The position numbers were made by a program, and so were the translations under genes. This document shows positions 39,533 to 52,300 of a DNA stretch of 64,000 nucleotides, piece after piece. Source of the DNA: Selaginella moellendorffii. Lineage: Eukaryota > Plantae > Lycopodiophyta. The stretch spans positions 1,565,548 to 1,629,547 of the forward strand of contig NW_003314304.1 in NCBI RefSeq assembly GCF_000143415.4, given 5' to 3'. How positions within the stretch are numbered: position 1 is the first letter of the stretch; the number at the start of each line of letters is the position of its first letter. Below the pieces are notes generated by a model. The model saw nothing but the letters and a program-made list of their open reading frames with translations, did not search any database and was not told the origin of the DNA.

Positions 39533-42500
39533 CTAAATACCTTTGCAGACCCATATTTGTTTTCCCTCCAAAATTATAGGATGAAGAGCAAAATATTTTT
39601 CCATGATTGTCTCCTGTTTTTCTTCTTTCCCAAATTTAGTTGTCACTAGCTTAAATATCTTTTGCACATCTTCTGCTTTGGGATTTGTAGGTAGCTTGCT
39701 TTTAAGAAGACATGAATCCAAAAAACTTATGAGGCTTCCCTTGATCTCATCCACTATTGCATTCACTATCTCTCCAACACCAGCAAAATGTCTTCCAACT
39801 TTGGCCCCAATAAATAATAGGATCAATGTATATTTAAGTACTGGAGCAAATTTTTTGAGCCAATTTGGTGGGAGATCCAATTCAACACCTATAGAACTCT
39901 TCACTTGATGACCTTTAGAAGTTCCTTCAGGCCATTCACACAAGTAGTGAAGTCTACCATGTGTTCCCAGTATTTTACTGTAATTTTTCCACATATTATT
40001 CTCATCAAGAATATATGGATATTTTGGGTAATCTGTCTCTAATTTCAATAATACTTGAAAACACGTTATATGGATTGCATTCACTTTATCCATGATAAAC
40101 TTGAGTCCATTCTTGAGCTTGTTAACGCTTACTTCAATATCATTAAGTTTTGTATCTAACTTGTCAAAACGGTTCTCCATTTTATCAAACATCTTCTTAA
40201 TATATCTGAGGATTGCATCAAGTTTTGGGTCTTCAATGTTTGGAAACTCAACAATATCTGATGATGCTTTGGGAATTGTGACTTCTCCAACCTCCTTATA
40301 GTCCTTCAAGAGTTCATGAAGTTCAACAAACTTATTCACCAGTTCATGTTTTTGCTCCTTAGGCATCAATAGCTTAGCCAAAGCATTCTCATCTGAGACC
40401 TTTAAATCATTATTCACATCCCAGCTCTCTGCTTCATGTGAATAATTCCAAGTGTGAGAGTATTCTAGACCTCTTTCTCTTGCTTCATATTTGACTTGCT
40501 TTAGTGGACAAACAACTGAAGCCCATAATTCTAATTTGTCCACCTTATTTAGTATCCTTCTCCATACATAACCACGTCTCATCACATTTTCTTCAATTTC
40601 CAAAGATGGGCAATCCTCCATACATACCCCAATAATGCAATTTCTAATTTTTTCCATCCATCCTTCAGCTTCCTTTTCTAAATCCAGCCTTGGTGTATTC
40701 TCTACCTCTTTTGGGTAGTAAATGATGACATCAACCCATTGCCTATCTTTCCAATTGTCTGTGTCTCCCCCAACTCTCACAATTATCTCGATAAGGTTTT
40801 TTTTCAAAGCCACCCATCCATTCCCAAGCCTGAAACCTTTCTTGCTTAATTTGTAAAGTTTAACTTGGATCTTTGTGAAAATACTTGCAGGAAACAATTT
40901 CAGCTCCTTGTCTTTGCATTCAAACCTCCTGCCCCAGTAGTTGTGGTTTTTTTGAGTGTTAATTGACAATAAATATCCTGAAGGTGAATAGTCTTCTTGC
41001 AATAGTGTTGGCATTATCAACTCTTTGGGCAAGTTATGCCAATTCCCATCCCATGTTTCATCCCAAGGCAATATCACTCCCATCTCATGGAGCACTCCAA
41101 GAATGTACTCCACTATTTTGTCTTGCTTCCCACATTGTTGCTTCAACTGATGTTTAACTCTATGTGTTTCCATTTTACTTTTGAGTTTGCTTGTCTCAGT
41201 ATGTATGAAGAGTTGCACCACATCCCTCATAAACCATTGGACATCTAAGATGACAAATTGAGACACAATGTCGTCCTCTTCATGTCCCAAGCCAAAGTAA
41301 ATTGCATCACCAGAATCATGTAGAAATTGCAAGACGAACTTGAGAACATTCTTGGAACTCCTGTGAGGCAAGAGAATTTTGCCAACTTTTTCTAGGGGTA
41401 TGACCTTCTTGTGACTTGGATCTTGTACCAATTTCCTCTTTGCTTTGAGACATTCCCGTGGTATTTGTTGCTGGGCTGACAGCAGTTCCTCCAAGCAACT
41501 CCCCAACATGGTTTTTATCCCCCTTAAATCTTTCACTTGAGTGGCCACCACCTCAAAACAAAAGTCATTCCCAAACTCAAGTACTTGCCAATAGCCTTTG
41601 TCGGAGATTATTGCAGAAACCACCTCCTTTGGGTCAAAGTCGGGTTCTGGAGTGAAAAAGTTCAAGGCAATCAAGACCCTGGGCTTCCTTTTGGGTGAGG
41701 CTGATTGATGTGAAGCGATGAACCTCAGCCAGTAAACCAAATTCTGCTTGAAAACGTCACAATTGTCATCCTCCACCTTGCATACGATCAAGAAGAGATC
41801 CTTCTCACTTCCTCTGAGAAAGTACTGGTGGAAAGCATGGAACTCTTCCTGTCCAGCCAGGTCGCAAATGAGCAGCTTTTGTTTGGTGGTCGCATAGACA
41901 AGTGGTTGCAGCTCAATGCCTGCTGTTGAAGCATGCCTTTGGAGACATGATGGAAACCAAGACACTCTGCGGCAGAGGTTTTTTTTTATTGTGGTCTTTC
42001 CAACCCTGCTAGCACCACACAAGAAGAGCTTTGCTGTTGACGGGTTGTCAAAGTCTTTGAATGCACTCTGCTGGAAGATTGCATTCCGCTCTAAAAGACC
42101 AGAACACCTCTACTTGAAAGCTTCAGAAGCTTCGGAATCATTGCCTATATCAAGCTCTTCCACGAGGCTTTGGTAGTTTTCCTCCAAGGCAGCCAGAATT
42201 TGTCTTTTCTGTGCATCGCTATCAAGAAAAGGAGCCCTGAATCTGCGCACCTTGCATTTTGGATCCCCCAGCAACTGGCAAAGATCTTCCAGCTTTTCAA
42301 TTTCTCCCTGACGTATTTCCAAGTCTTCAATGCTGCTTCCCAAAAGGCACCTCCATGGCAGTTCCGAGTGACATGACAAAGCTTTCAGATGCTTGCAGCT
42401 GGTGATAGCTTTCCAAAAGAGCTCCCCATTCGTGATTTTGCAATTGAATATAACCAAATGCTCCAGTTGGCTCTTCTCTATGCCCTCGGCAAACTCCAAC

Positions 42501-43813
42501 GTTAACTCATCTTCTCCTCCCCATATTTCCAAATGGCGCAGCTTACAATGTGGACTTGAGAGGGCTGACCACAGACTGCTGTCACAGACCACTCCTCCTC
42601 CCTCGTTGCGAAAAGAAAGTTTAAGCTTGATCAGCTTGCAATTGGGATTTTGTAGCGCTTTGCCCAACCATCCACCACCATCACCTGGATAAAGTGTAAC
42701 GCTGAGTTCCTCCAAGCCACACTTAGCGCTGCTCAGGGCCTCACCCAGGCCCGTTGCATTGCTCAGGTCCTCACTCTGTCCTTGGCAATTTAAAACTGAC
42801 AGGCTGGTGCCCTCCTGAAGAGCCTTGCATACCCATGGCAACACTCCAGCATCACTATCCCATAGGGATAGTCTTTGCAGCGAACAGCTTGGACTCGTGA
42901 GTGCCTTGAAGAGTGCTTCACCTGCCTCCTCTGGAAACGGTGCCACCAGTTCTACTAGCTTATTGAAAATGCCATTCTGAAATGCCTGTTCCCACCCTTC
43001 CTTGCCAATGACGTTATCCAGGATGACTAACTCTTCCACCTTGCACTCCTGACTTGCCAGATCCCTACTCAATTTCCCAAATCCTTCCACTGTCATCCTG
43101 TTCCTAGTCAAGACGAGACGTTTCAAGTTGTTTCCTGGTTTCCTAAGGAGTTGGCTAAGGAGAGTCTCTGGGTTCCCAACCTTGTCCAACCTGAGCTCTG
43201 TCAAGCAGTCGAGCTGAGCAAAGGCCAACTCAAGCTCCTGAGGTGGTGTGAGGATGTCTTTGCCTCCTTGCCAACCTAGCCCTTTCCAGACTTTGAATTC
43301 CTCCGTCATCAGTAGCTTCGCAAACCTCTGTACCTCAATCTGGCCAATATCCTGTCCCTGCTGAGGAGGAGCAATGCCCTCTGCCACCCTTTGCATTCGA
43401 TCACTGGGAATGCCCAACCTACAAGCGACCCTGGCAGCGAAGTGGATGAATCTGATGTCGAGCTGTGGTACCAAAGCGGCCTTGAGAATGTCAATGTGAG
43501 CAGCAGCAGCAGCAGACGAACTGCCATCACCAGGAGCATCTCCCACATCCAGAGCCCTGTCTAAACAGGGCGGATTTGAAATGCACCAGTTGAGCACACC
43601 AATCAGATCCTCCTCTGTGCCTCCAAACCTCTCGACGGTAGCACTCACCTCATCAACAAACTCACCTTTGGATGAGTGAAGCCTCTCCAAGATCTCCCCA
43701 CAAAAAAACTGAATCGCATCGAAGTGCCGCTTGTTGTCCCGCTCCGCTGCGAGAGCCTCCTTGATCTCCTTGACAGAGTCACAGCCGATCCACACTCGTC
43801 GCTCCTCCTCCAT
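39533..43813 (-). pseudogene. TRN1-like: ROCO copy 4 with one nonsense codon at the LRR/Roc boundary; 567-aa LRR-only ORF 42110-43813
   Basis: CAG>TAG at 42110-42112 (SEAFK*RCSG versus SEAFKQRCSG). The frame is otherwise open to 39533. Confidence 0.87.
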
Positions 43814-43909
43814 GGAAGTTTGCCCTAGACCGAGTGATCATGAGTAAACTTCTCCCAGCTGTGGATAAGAAAGTAAGCACGAGTTAGTTTAGGGTTTAGA
43901 ACAGATAAA

Positions 43910-46359
43910 ATGGGGAAGAAGGGGAAAGGGAAAAGAGAAGATCGTCGCCACGACAAGGTGTTAGACGAGGATGATATCGATGCGATCTTGGTAAGCAATC
44001 TCTGGCCAAAGACTCTCAATTGTTTTCCTTTTTGTCAGGCTAAACTCCACGAGGAGGAAGCAGAAATTCATGTCGATGAGAATGTAGCAGCTCCTTCACC
44101 AATGCAATTGCTCTGTGCGTAAGAATTCGATTGAAATCTCCACTCTGGAAGCTCACATTCTCTAGACTTCTTTTCTTGCGTTTCAGGTGACTGTAAATCC
44201 AGTCAAGGACACTGAGCTGATCGTCTATGGAGGTGAATACTAACAACGGTGACAAGGTTTGTGGTTAGTTTCGCTACGGTGATTTGATCTTCGTGTTTGC
44301 TATGCTAGACTTTACGTTTATGGTGATCTCTACCGATACAACATCGAGAAGAACGAGTGGAAGCCTGTCACCAGTCCAAACTCTCCTCCCCCGAGGCGGT
44401 TGCGTGGAAAAACTGGCTCTTCAGTTTTGGTATCCAGGAATTCTCTTGATTTTGGCAGTGTAGGTGGTGAATTCGGTTTCATGACTATAAGGTGTGTTTC
44501 TAGCTGACTTACAAGAGAGTTCTTGCAGGATTTATGGAGACTGGATTTAAACACAAATATCTGGCGGGAGCAGCTTCAACTAAAAGGCTGTCCAGGTGCT
44601 CGTTCCGGACATAGATTGGTATGTATTGCGCTTCTAAACATAATCTTTATTTTTTTCTTTCTTGCCACAGAAACATAAACTTATTCTATTTGGTGGATTT
44701 TATGACACGCTGAGGGAAGAAAGGTCGGCTGTTTCAGCAGTGTAGATGTTTAGTATTGAATTTTTGACACAGGTACTTCAATAATCTTTAAGTGCTGGAT
44801 TTAGACGATTATAAGGTTTGTTTCTGTCGCTCATCGTTCTTCCTTGTTTTTTAACAACTAAACTGATTTCCTTTTGCAGTGGCAAGAGATAAAACCCAAG
44901 CTTGGAGCTGCCTGGCCTTCAGCTGGAACTGGTTCTCAGCTTGCTGTTTATTTAGATGAGGTATTTGTCTACTAAAAGTATAGTTTTGCGTGTTGTGAAC
45001 ATTTTTTCTTTTCTAGATTTTCTTGTACGGTGGCTATTTCAAAGAGCCTGTGCTTGTTTTACATTCTCGTTTGGAGTTTTAGTTTTTCAATGTGTTTTGT
45101 GAAGGTGAAAAAATCCGGTATGGCTCCTGGCCAAGAGCAGGATTTTTGTCCACATCTTGTTTGGTGGTGTAGTTGATGCTGATGAGTACGGTTTCAATGC
45201 ATGCGTTGGAAAAACTAATGTCTTTTGCAGGTGATTCCCTGCACAGCGTTTTTATGATCGAGATGTATATGCTTTCCAGATGGTTTGTATCTCGTCGATT
45301 TTTTAAAAATTATCTAAGCACCATCGCTCGCAGGTATCCTTTGGAGCAAAGAGCCTAAAGATTAAGGTATGGCAATCTGAGATTGTGTAGTGGTTAAGTG
45401 TGCATCCAAAGCAGAAGAAAGTGGTTGATCCAAATGTGGAAAATGCGTCTCAACGTTGAGCGTTCTGCTTGAAGGTTGTTGCCTTGTGGAAGAATGAATG
45501 CTGGAATGGTCGTTGGAAAGGATACTTTGTTTCTGTATGGAGGTATGAAAGAAGTCGGCAAAAAAAAAGTGACACGACGACCTTTCCTCGCTGGACCTTC
45601 GATGTGTGGAAGTGCATTATTGAGGTAGTATGATCGAGCCATCATCCAGCCTCATACTAATGTCTCAAGCAGGAAACACAAAGCGCGTGGATTGAAGCTA
45701 GTAAGGAGAAAGGCGAAACTGATGGTGACAACAGTGATGCTGGATCGATTAATAAAGGAAAAGACGAAGAGGACGATGACGAGGTAGTAAAAAAGAAGGA
45801 TGTAAGAAAACTTGTCGGCTTCCTTTTGTATTCTAGGATGCAGTGGAGTCACTGTGAAGAGGCAGCTGCTATTCTTAGGGGCGAAGGCAAAAAGCTGACA
45901 CAGAAAGCACGGAAATTAAATATCAATCCGAGCTGGGCCTGGCTGATTCCCAACAAACACTTTTGGTGAGTGCTGATAGTAGTTCATCTTCCTGTTTTGT
46001 TATTGATTTGTCTTTCAGCCTGGAGAAACGCTGAGAGATTTTTTCTCTTGGACGATCATGTATTGGCAAATGGCACCTTACGATCACACCCAACACACTG
46101 GAAAGGTGACAACGCAGGTTTTCTTTCGCTCGTTCTTCATGCTCTATGCATCTATCAGGAGCTCAGGAAGGATGGATTTGACTTGGCAAAGACACGCTAC
46201 AGAGAACTTAAACCCGTCCTTGACAAGGTAAAGTGGTGTCTCAAGAAGGAATCCTCACAACAGCATTGTTTGATTTGCAGCTCGAGACTTGAAGCCGACC
46301 ACAACGCCGAAGAGGAGGCTACCAAACCTTCCAAAGAGCGCAGCACGAAGAAACGATAA
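43910..46359 (+). pseudogene. KLHDC4-like: KLHDC4-like pseudogene, copy D
   Basis: MGKKGKGKRE start and ..EEEATKPSKERSTKKR* end. Shared stop and an extra internal deletion at ~45050. Confidence 0.85.
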
Positions 46360-46556
46360 GGTCCGTGATCTCTGAAAGTTCTAGCTGAAAATTAAATGAA
46401 TAGATTACAGTTATTCCCAGAGGTATGGTGAGTGCTTTCCTTTTCTAGAGGCAATGCCATTGACATGAAACCACTAGTATACAATCTCTGCGTCGCATCA
46501 TCAATGGTGATAGAAGGTTAATTAATAACGACGATCCGAGTGCATGAAATGGATAT

Positions 46557-47672
46557 CCAGGATAAAGTTTATATTTCCATGATTGCTCGCAGAGTGTATG
46601 GGCCTGAGATATCCCATGGCTCGCTTTCGGTTGCCTTTCGTAAAGTGCAGAGTGAACACTCTCTCTACGCGGTCCATAAACTTTACTACCTGCAGTGCAT
46701 TGGAGCAATGAAATTCCATCAGCAAGACCCTCAAAGGAAAATTTCTTCACACCTTCCGACGTTGCAAAGTGGTAACTGCCAGACTCCAGTCACCTGAAAA
46801 TTCAAAAAAACCTTTTTAGAAGTCTGCACTAATTTTCCATTTTCCATAAGTACCTTTTCATATTTCTTGCGGATCTTGACGAATGCCATCATGTTCAAGG
46901 AGCTGCCAAGTAAGTTTTCAACACTTTGAGAACATGGATCAATCGTATAGAGGTCATTCACCTGAAGTTTCTTAGGAGTCGAAGCCCACGATAAAATTCG
47001 ACAAAGGCCGTCTGGAGCATCTTGGCTGCTCGCTGAACCTTTCCTTTGTTGCCGGGGCTCCCCTTCAAGCTCTGAGATTCGTCATCTACAACATGGCAGA
47101 GATCAAACGATTCCAAGTTAAGTGCCACAGAATTAGAGGCTGCTAGAACGAACCTTGCATAGCGATGAGCTCTTCCATTTGGATGTGAAGTTGCCGTGCT
47201 TGAGCATCGTACTCGTCTTCCTTGCATCTAAAAAAGTTGTCCACTTTGTTGAGCTGATCGTCAAGGCCGAAAAAGAAGCTCTTTTCGTGATCCGATCGAG
47301 TTCCAAACAGCTCCGTCTCGTAAAAATCCTCGCCATCTCCAATTCTCGTCTTGTGCACAACCTGATCATATTGAAGTGTTTTGTTTTGTCTTTACAGTCC
47401 AGACCATCATCACAAACCATGGACGTTTCCGAGGATATGGATTGTTCGCAGCAGCTGCTTAGAATGGCGCTGGGATTTTGCAGCAAGTTTTCAAGCTTGC
47501 TCTTGTCAACGGAGAAGACATTTGGATCGAACACCTTGTGCTGCTGGTTCTTGGTATGTAGGATCTGGGTTTTGATTCTCTTGACAACTTTCTTGAGCTG
47601 CTTGTAGTCGCAGTACTTCACCCGCCACTCTGGGACGAGCTGGCCCTCCAGCTGCTTCTGGAACTTCACCAT
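46557..47672 (-). CDS. PHO1-like: PHO1-family 5' fragment; exons 1-4 splice in frame and give a potential stand-alone SPX protein
   Basis: Exon 1 47672-47418, exon 2 47361-47154, exon 3 from 47085 and exon 4 (SLNMMAFVKIRKKYEK) have compatible phases and GT-AG borders. A shortened exon 5 (41 nt) shifts the frame to a stop just after the SPX domain. Confidence 0.6.
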
Positions 47673-48246
47673 GTCTGAAAGCTTGGATTACCTGAGGCGA
47701 ACATCGTCAAGAAAACGATCAAGCAAGAGATGAAATACCTGGAGGAAATGGTGTCAAGTTCAGAATGCCTCTTCAAACTTTTCTGGCGCCTGTGCTCTGG
47801 AAGCACAGGAAGAACAGTGGCAGTGAGCATATGACGAGACAAATGGTGGCGTGGAATCATCAAATGCATTGTGCTGGGGAGGAGCACCACCAATTCTCAC
47901 AAGAAAACAGCGCCTTAAGATCATCTCTGGAAAAAAGGGGGAAAGCCTTCGTTTCTCACCGACGCCAGCGAACAATTACATAAGAATACGTTATCCCGAG
48001 TGAAACTGACGCAGCAGAGTGCAAGAGGAGAGAAGAAGCAAGCGATCCATTGGCCTATGGAACTAAAAAAGGAAACAAAAGGACAGGGAATGCAGGGGAA
48101 TCTACAGGAAAAGCTGTCGTAAGTTACACACTTACACACACTCTCACACACTTCAACTCTTTTCTTGTCAACACGAGTAATTTATGCGAGCGAAAGGGAA
48201 TGAAAGAATCATTTGAGCATCTAAAGCATGGAAGGAAGCGAGGCAC

Positions 48247-49050
48247 GATGATTCGTCCCTGCTTATTTTTTCGCCTATCGTTGGCTGTGTCTCCTACATT
48301 AGGACCAAAGGTCTTCCCGCATAACCATCAAGCCACGTTTCGTGGATTCGTAATGCACTCGCATAAGGCATGCCATCCTGTAAGAGAAGCAAAGCTGAAT
48401 AACTCCACCAAGACAAAGCGATAAGAACGCCACCTCATATTGAAACACACGGCGGTTGTCAAGCGATAATTCAGCTCTTCGTCTGGAATGCACCAGCAAA
48501 AGAATAATGCATATGACTCAGAAAGAAGAACTTGACGTACCCGTTCGCTGCCACTTATCAAACTTGACAACCCAAGTAACGTCCCCAACCCCCATCAACC
48601 CACATACAGAAGTTCTTTCCCCTGGGAATACCGTGGAGGGGACGTAGAATCTCAACGCTTCTACGAAGATCGTCTTCTAGTTTCCACGGAGTGACCAGCG
48701 TTGAGTCAGGGGCCTGCCAGCCATTTCGTTGCTCAACCATCAAAAACTACTAAACACGAGGAACTTACCATTGGCCTTTTCAAGTGTTCAAACACCTCGT
48801 GGGAGCTTTCAACCTCGCCTCGTAACCATCTCACACTCCACGTCCGATCAACCCTTCGGTGTCCCCAGCAGTGAGCTGGCTCAGTAAGTCGGCATCCCTG
48901 GGCGAAACACAAGGATCAAACTTGAACTCTCGGATAGCTTGTAAGATTCCCGAAGCGCATCTTTCAGTGCCACGAAAGATCTTGGGATTGTCTTTGGCAT
49001 TATCAAGGTACCACTACGTAAGATCTTCAAACGCATTCCCGACCTGAGAT
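48247..49050 (-). pseudogene. Partial copy of unidentified gene X
   Basis: 48247-48705 aligns by eye with 63591-64000. Confidence 0.4.
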
Positions 49051-49071
49051 CGTCAGTGAGTGAGTGAGTGA

Positions 49072-49302
49072 TCAATCGACTTCAAGAACTGAAACGTCTT
49101 TGACGTCCAGCGCCTCCTCCTGATTGAGCACCGAGATCCACGTCGCGCTCTCCTTGGCAGTTATCTTGTCTTGCAAGCACTTGGACTGCCTCACGAGCTT
49201 CCTGATCTTCCCGATATCCGGGGACATGTGTCGGATCACCGCAGTGAGAACTCCAACCTTCCACACCTTCTTGAGATCATGGGGCTTCTTATACGGATCC
49301 AT
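49072..49302 (-). CDS. EIN3-like: EIN3 mini-ORF (76 aa): native start codon fused in frame to the distal DNA-binding-domain helices
   Basis: [63 protein letters not shown]. Upstream leader matches that of the 30974 fragment (tccgcaagATG). The homology is secure; expression is unknown. Confidence 0.6.
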   Translation of the reverse strand: MDPYKKPHDLKKVWKVGVLTAVIRHMSPDIGKIRKLVRQSKCLQDKITAKESATWISVLNQEEALDVKDVSVLEVD

Positions 49303-52300
49303 CTTGCGGATCGATCGGAGTGGAAGTATTTCGAGCGCCCGCTGCCAAGAGGAGGGAATATTTCGGAGCGATTACCTCCAATTCGCCATGGAAAGCCGAG
49401 GATCGAATGGGAAAAGCGAGGAAGATCACGGGAAGCAGAGAGAAAGAAGGAAAAAGCTCGATTCAACGCGAGCCCCTTGTGTGATTACCTAGCTCCATCG
49501 ATGCCCCGTCGACGCGCGCTGCGCTCGCCGATCGCGCCCGTGACACAGTGGCGCAGCGCCTTCAAATTCGACACATTGCCCGGGCAAGCGTCACAATCCC
49601 AATGCCGCCACCGCTGCGGGCGCTGCCAACGCGATCAACGAGAATCGATGCCCTAGCGCATCAAGATCCCCGCTTTGCTCGGCGAGAGAGAGAAGAGCAA
49701 AGGCGCAGCGCCCCTCGTCATAGCCAACTACTAGGTCATAGCTATCCATCTAAATGCCGTACAATTCCCCCCAGGTCGGGTTTATGACATGGAAGTCCAC
49801 TGGCTTTTTGACACGTGGCACACCTACATCTGGATTTACAAGGACGCCCTTTTCAGCCCTTCGCTTACGGTCAATTTAGCTATCTGCCTCAAATTTAGCT
49901 AACCGGTTTGTTGCCAGATTTAGCAGCTCCCCGAATTTAAATCACTTTTGTCCAAGCTGCCAGTTTGTCGGAATCCAGTTTGGGTCATAAAATGGACCAC
50001 TGGGGGACGCCGGGCTCGAACCCGGACCAGCGGATGCCGCGCCGCGCCGGACTCCGGCGGTCTCGTCGCCGGACTCGAACCCGCCACCGTACGCTCCACG
50101 CCTCCACCGCTACCATACGCCTCTCTCTAGTTTATTATACGCCTCCAATCCTTCCTCATGATCAACGAGACAACCAACCCCGCGTAGAGTACGTGGGGTA
50201 CGACGTTTGAAACTCCATTCATTGGGTTTTGTTAAAGAGAATAAAAGACAGAACGCCACTGTAGCTAAACCTAGAAATCAAAAACTAAACTACATCGTGC
50301 CATTATTGGTTTGAGATGCAACACCTTTTACTCGGGCACCCTAGCGAATAATAGAATATTTTCTGCCGGAGAATATTCTGGAATCGGCCCGTGGTCCACA
50401 TGATAGAGGGCAGTGACAAGAGGTTTTGGGCCCCCCTCAAAATGCTTATTTTTATTGTTCGCTGGGAGTCCATGTTCCCTCTTTAGCTCCCATGTGTGGC
50501 CTTTGTTTTTGTTGCCAGCCAAACAAACACACAGAAAGTTTGAAGGAGAGAGAGAGTGTGCAAAAATCTGAGAGGAGAGAAAGAAATGGCACCGGCTTTG
50601 ATTGACTTTGCCGCGCTCCACTTCTTTGATCCCTCCATCTCCATCTCGTCCTTTTTCTTTTTCTACTCGGACTCGGACGATTCGATCCATCTCATGTTTC
50701 GCTCGAAGTCGATGGATCACTGCCCAATCACTCCATCACTTCTTGTCGACTGGAAAAGTCTTTAAATTCCTCTCGCTGATGCGATCAGCACGGCATTAGC
50801 CTGAGATCAAGGCCGCGGATCATCCAGCAAAGTCTAAGCTTTTTGCCAAGGATGTGACAAGCTAACGTGTTGTCCAGGCGCTTACAGGTTCCATTGTTTT
50901 TCCAATCACAATTCTTTTTCCTCCGGCGACCGGCACGAAAGTCGTCCGAAGCAACCCAAACTGGAAACAAGATACATGCCCAGTTTCTCGGACAGATTTC
51001 CTCAAGCCCGGCAGAACACGGAAGACGAAGAAATTCGTTAAAAAATCCACGAGCAAGCAGCAAGAGAGAGAGAGAGAGAGAGAGACATAAAAAACTTTGC
51101 CAAGCCCAAAGTCGTTGATGTTAAGCTAGGCCGTGCTTGAAGCGCGTGATGATGATCATGAAAGTTCCTGTCAAGATGCTCGGTGGATTCTCCGTGTCTC
51201 CAGCTAGAGACTTATCGACACACTATCTATCTGGTAATGTTTCAAAACGAGTAAACTAATCAGTGTTTGTTGGGAATGAATGTTTGTGCTGCTTGGCCAC
51301 TTGCACTGCGGCGGCAGCAGAGGAGGATGTTTTGCGGCAACTATACCTGACTAAATCGAAGTACTTTAATTGCAATTTGCAAGATCACAAGTACTAGTCC
51401 TGAAGAAAAACAGCAAGATGTGCTTATAATCAAGGCATTCTTGCAACGCAAGTGGAAATTCACTATGTTTACCTGGGCTTTCCAAGGATGCTTCATCTGA
51501 ATCGCATAGTGTCACCCTGCTGTATGAAAAAGACAAGAGAAAAATTCTTACTCACTAGAGTTTGTTAATTTTACTCTAGCTATTACAAATTTTCCATTGT
51601 TGATACTCACTGTAGCTTCATTCAACTCCACACTTTTTTACTTAATTAGAGATGTAAAGTTTTGTCTCATGTTCTAGAATTTTGTCTATAGTTACAAAAC
51701 CACAAGCTTATCCATAAATGGATTGATATTACTATAAACAATTAAAGAAAACAACTTGAAAGACGATTAATAGGGTTGAAATATAGAGGGAAAGGGCTCA
51801 TGAATAAAAATACATTTTATTTTTCAAATGCACTCATTTTTCCAATCGGTTAAAGGTCCTGGGATATTTGGGGTTAAGTGTTTCTGGGTTGGGTGACTTC
51901 CCGGGAATTTTAAATTCAAGAGTTTATAATTACTTCAGTGCAGAAGTATAATCTTAACTTCTCTCTCTTCCTTTCAGCTTCTTTTCTTTGCTTTTCAATA
52001 TGTAGTGAGTGAAATGCTTTCACTCGTAAGTTTTTCATAAGTGAGTGAATAAAACTTGATTAACTTTTATAACCTACTTTTCCAAAGTTACATTTAAGAT
52101 GGCCAAGTGAGCAGTGTGATGTGTTCTTACAACCAAGTGAATAGTTTTTTAACTTGTGCTAATCAAAGTTTGCTCATAGATATAATACAAAATAAGTGGG
52201 GATGCAATAAATTTATTCATTTCTCTTCTCGAGAAAAATCATTCTTTTACTTCTTGTTAAATATATAGTTTTTGATTGTGATGTTCTTCACTTTTTTTGA

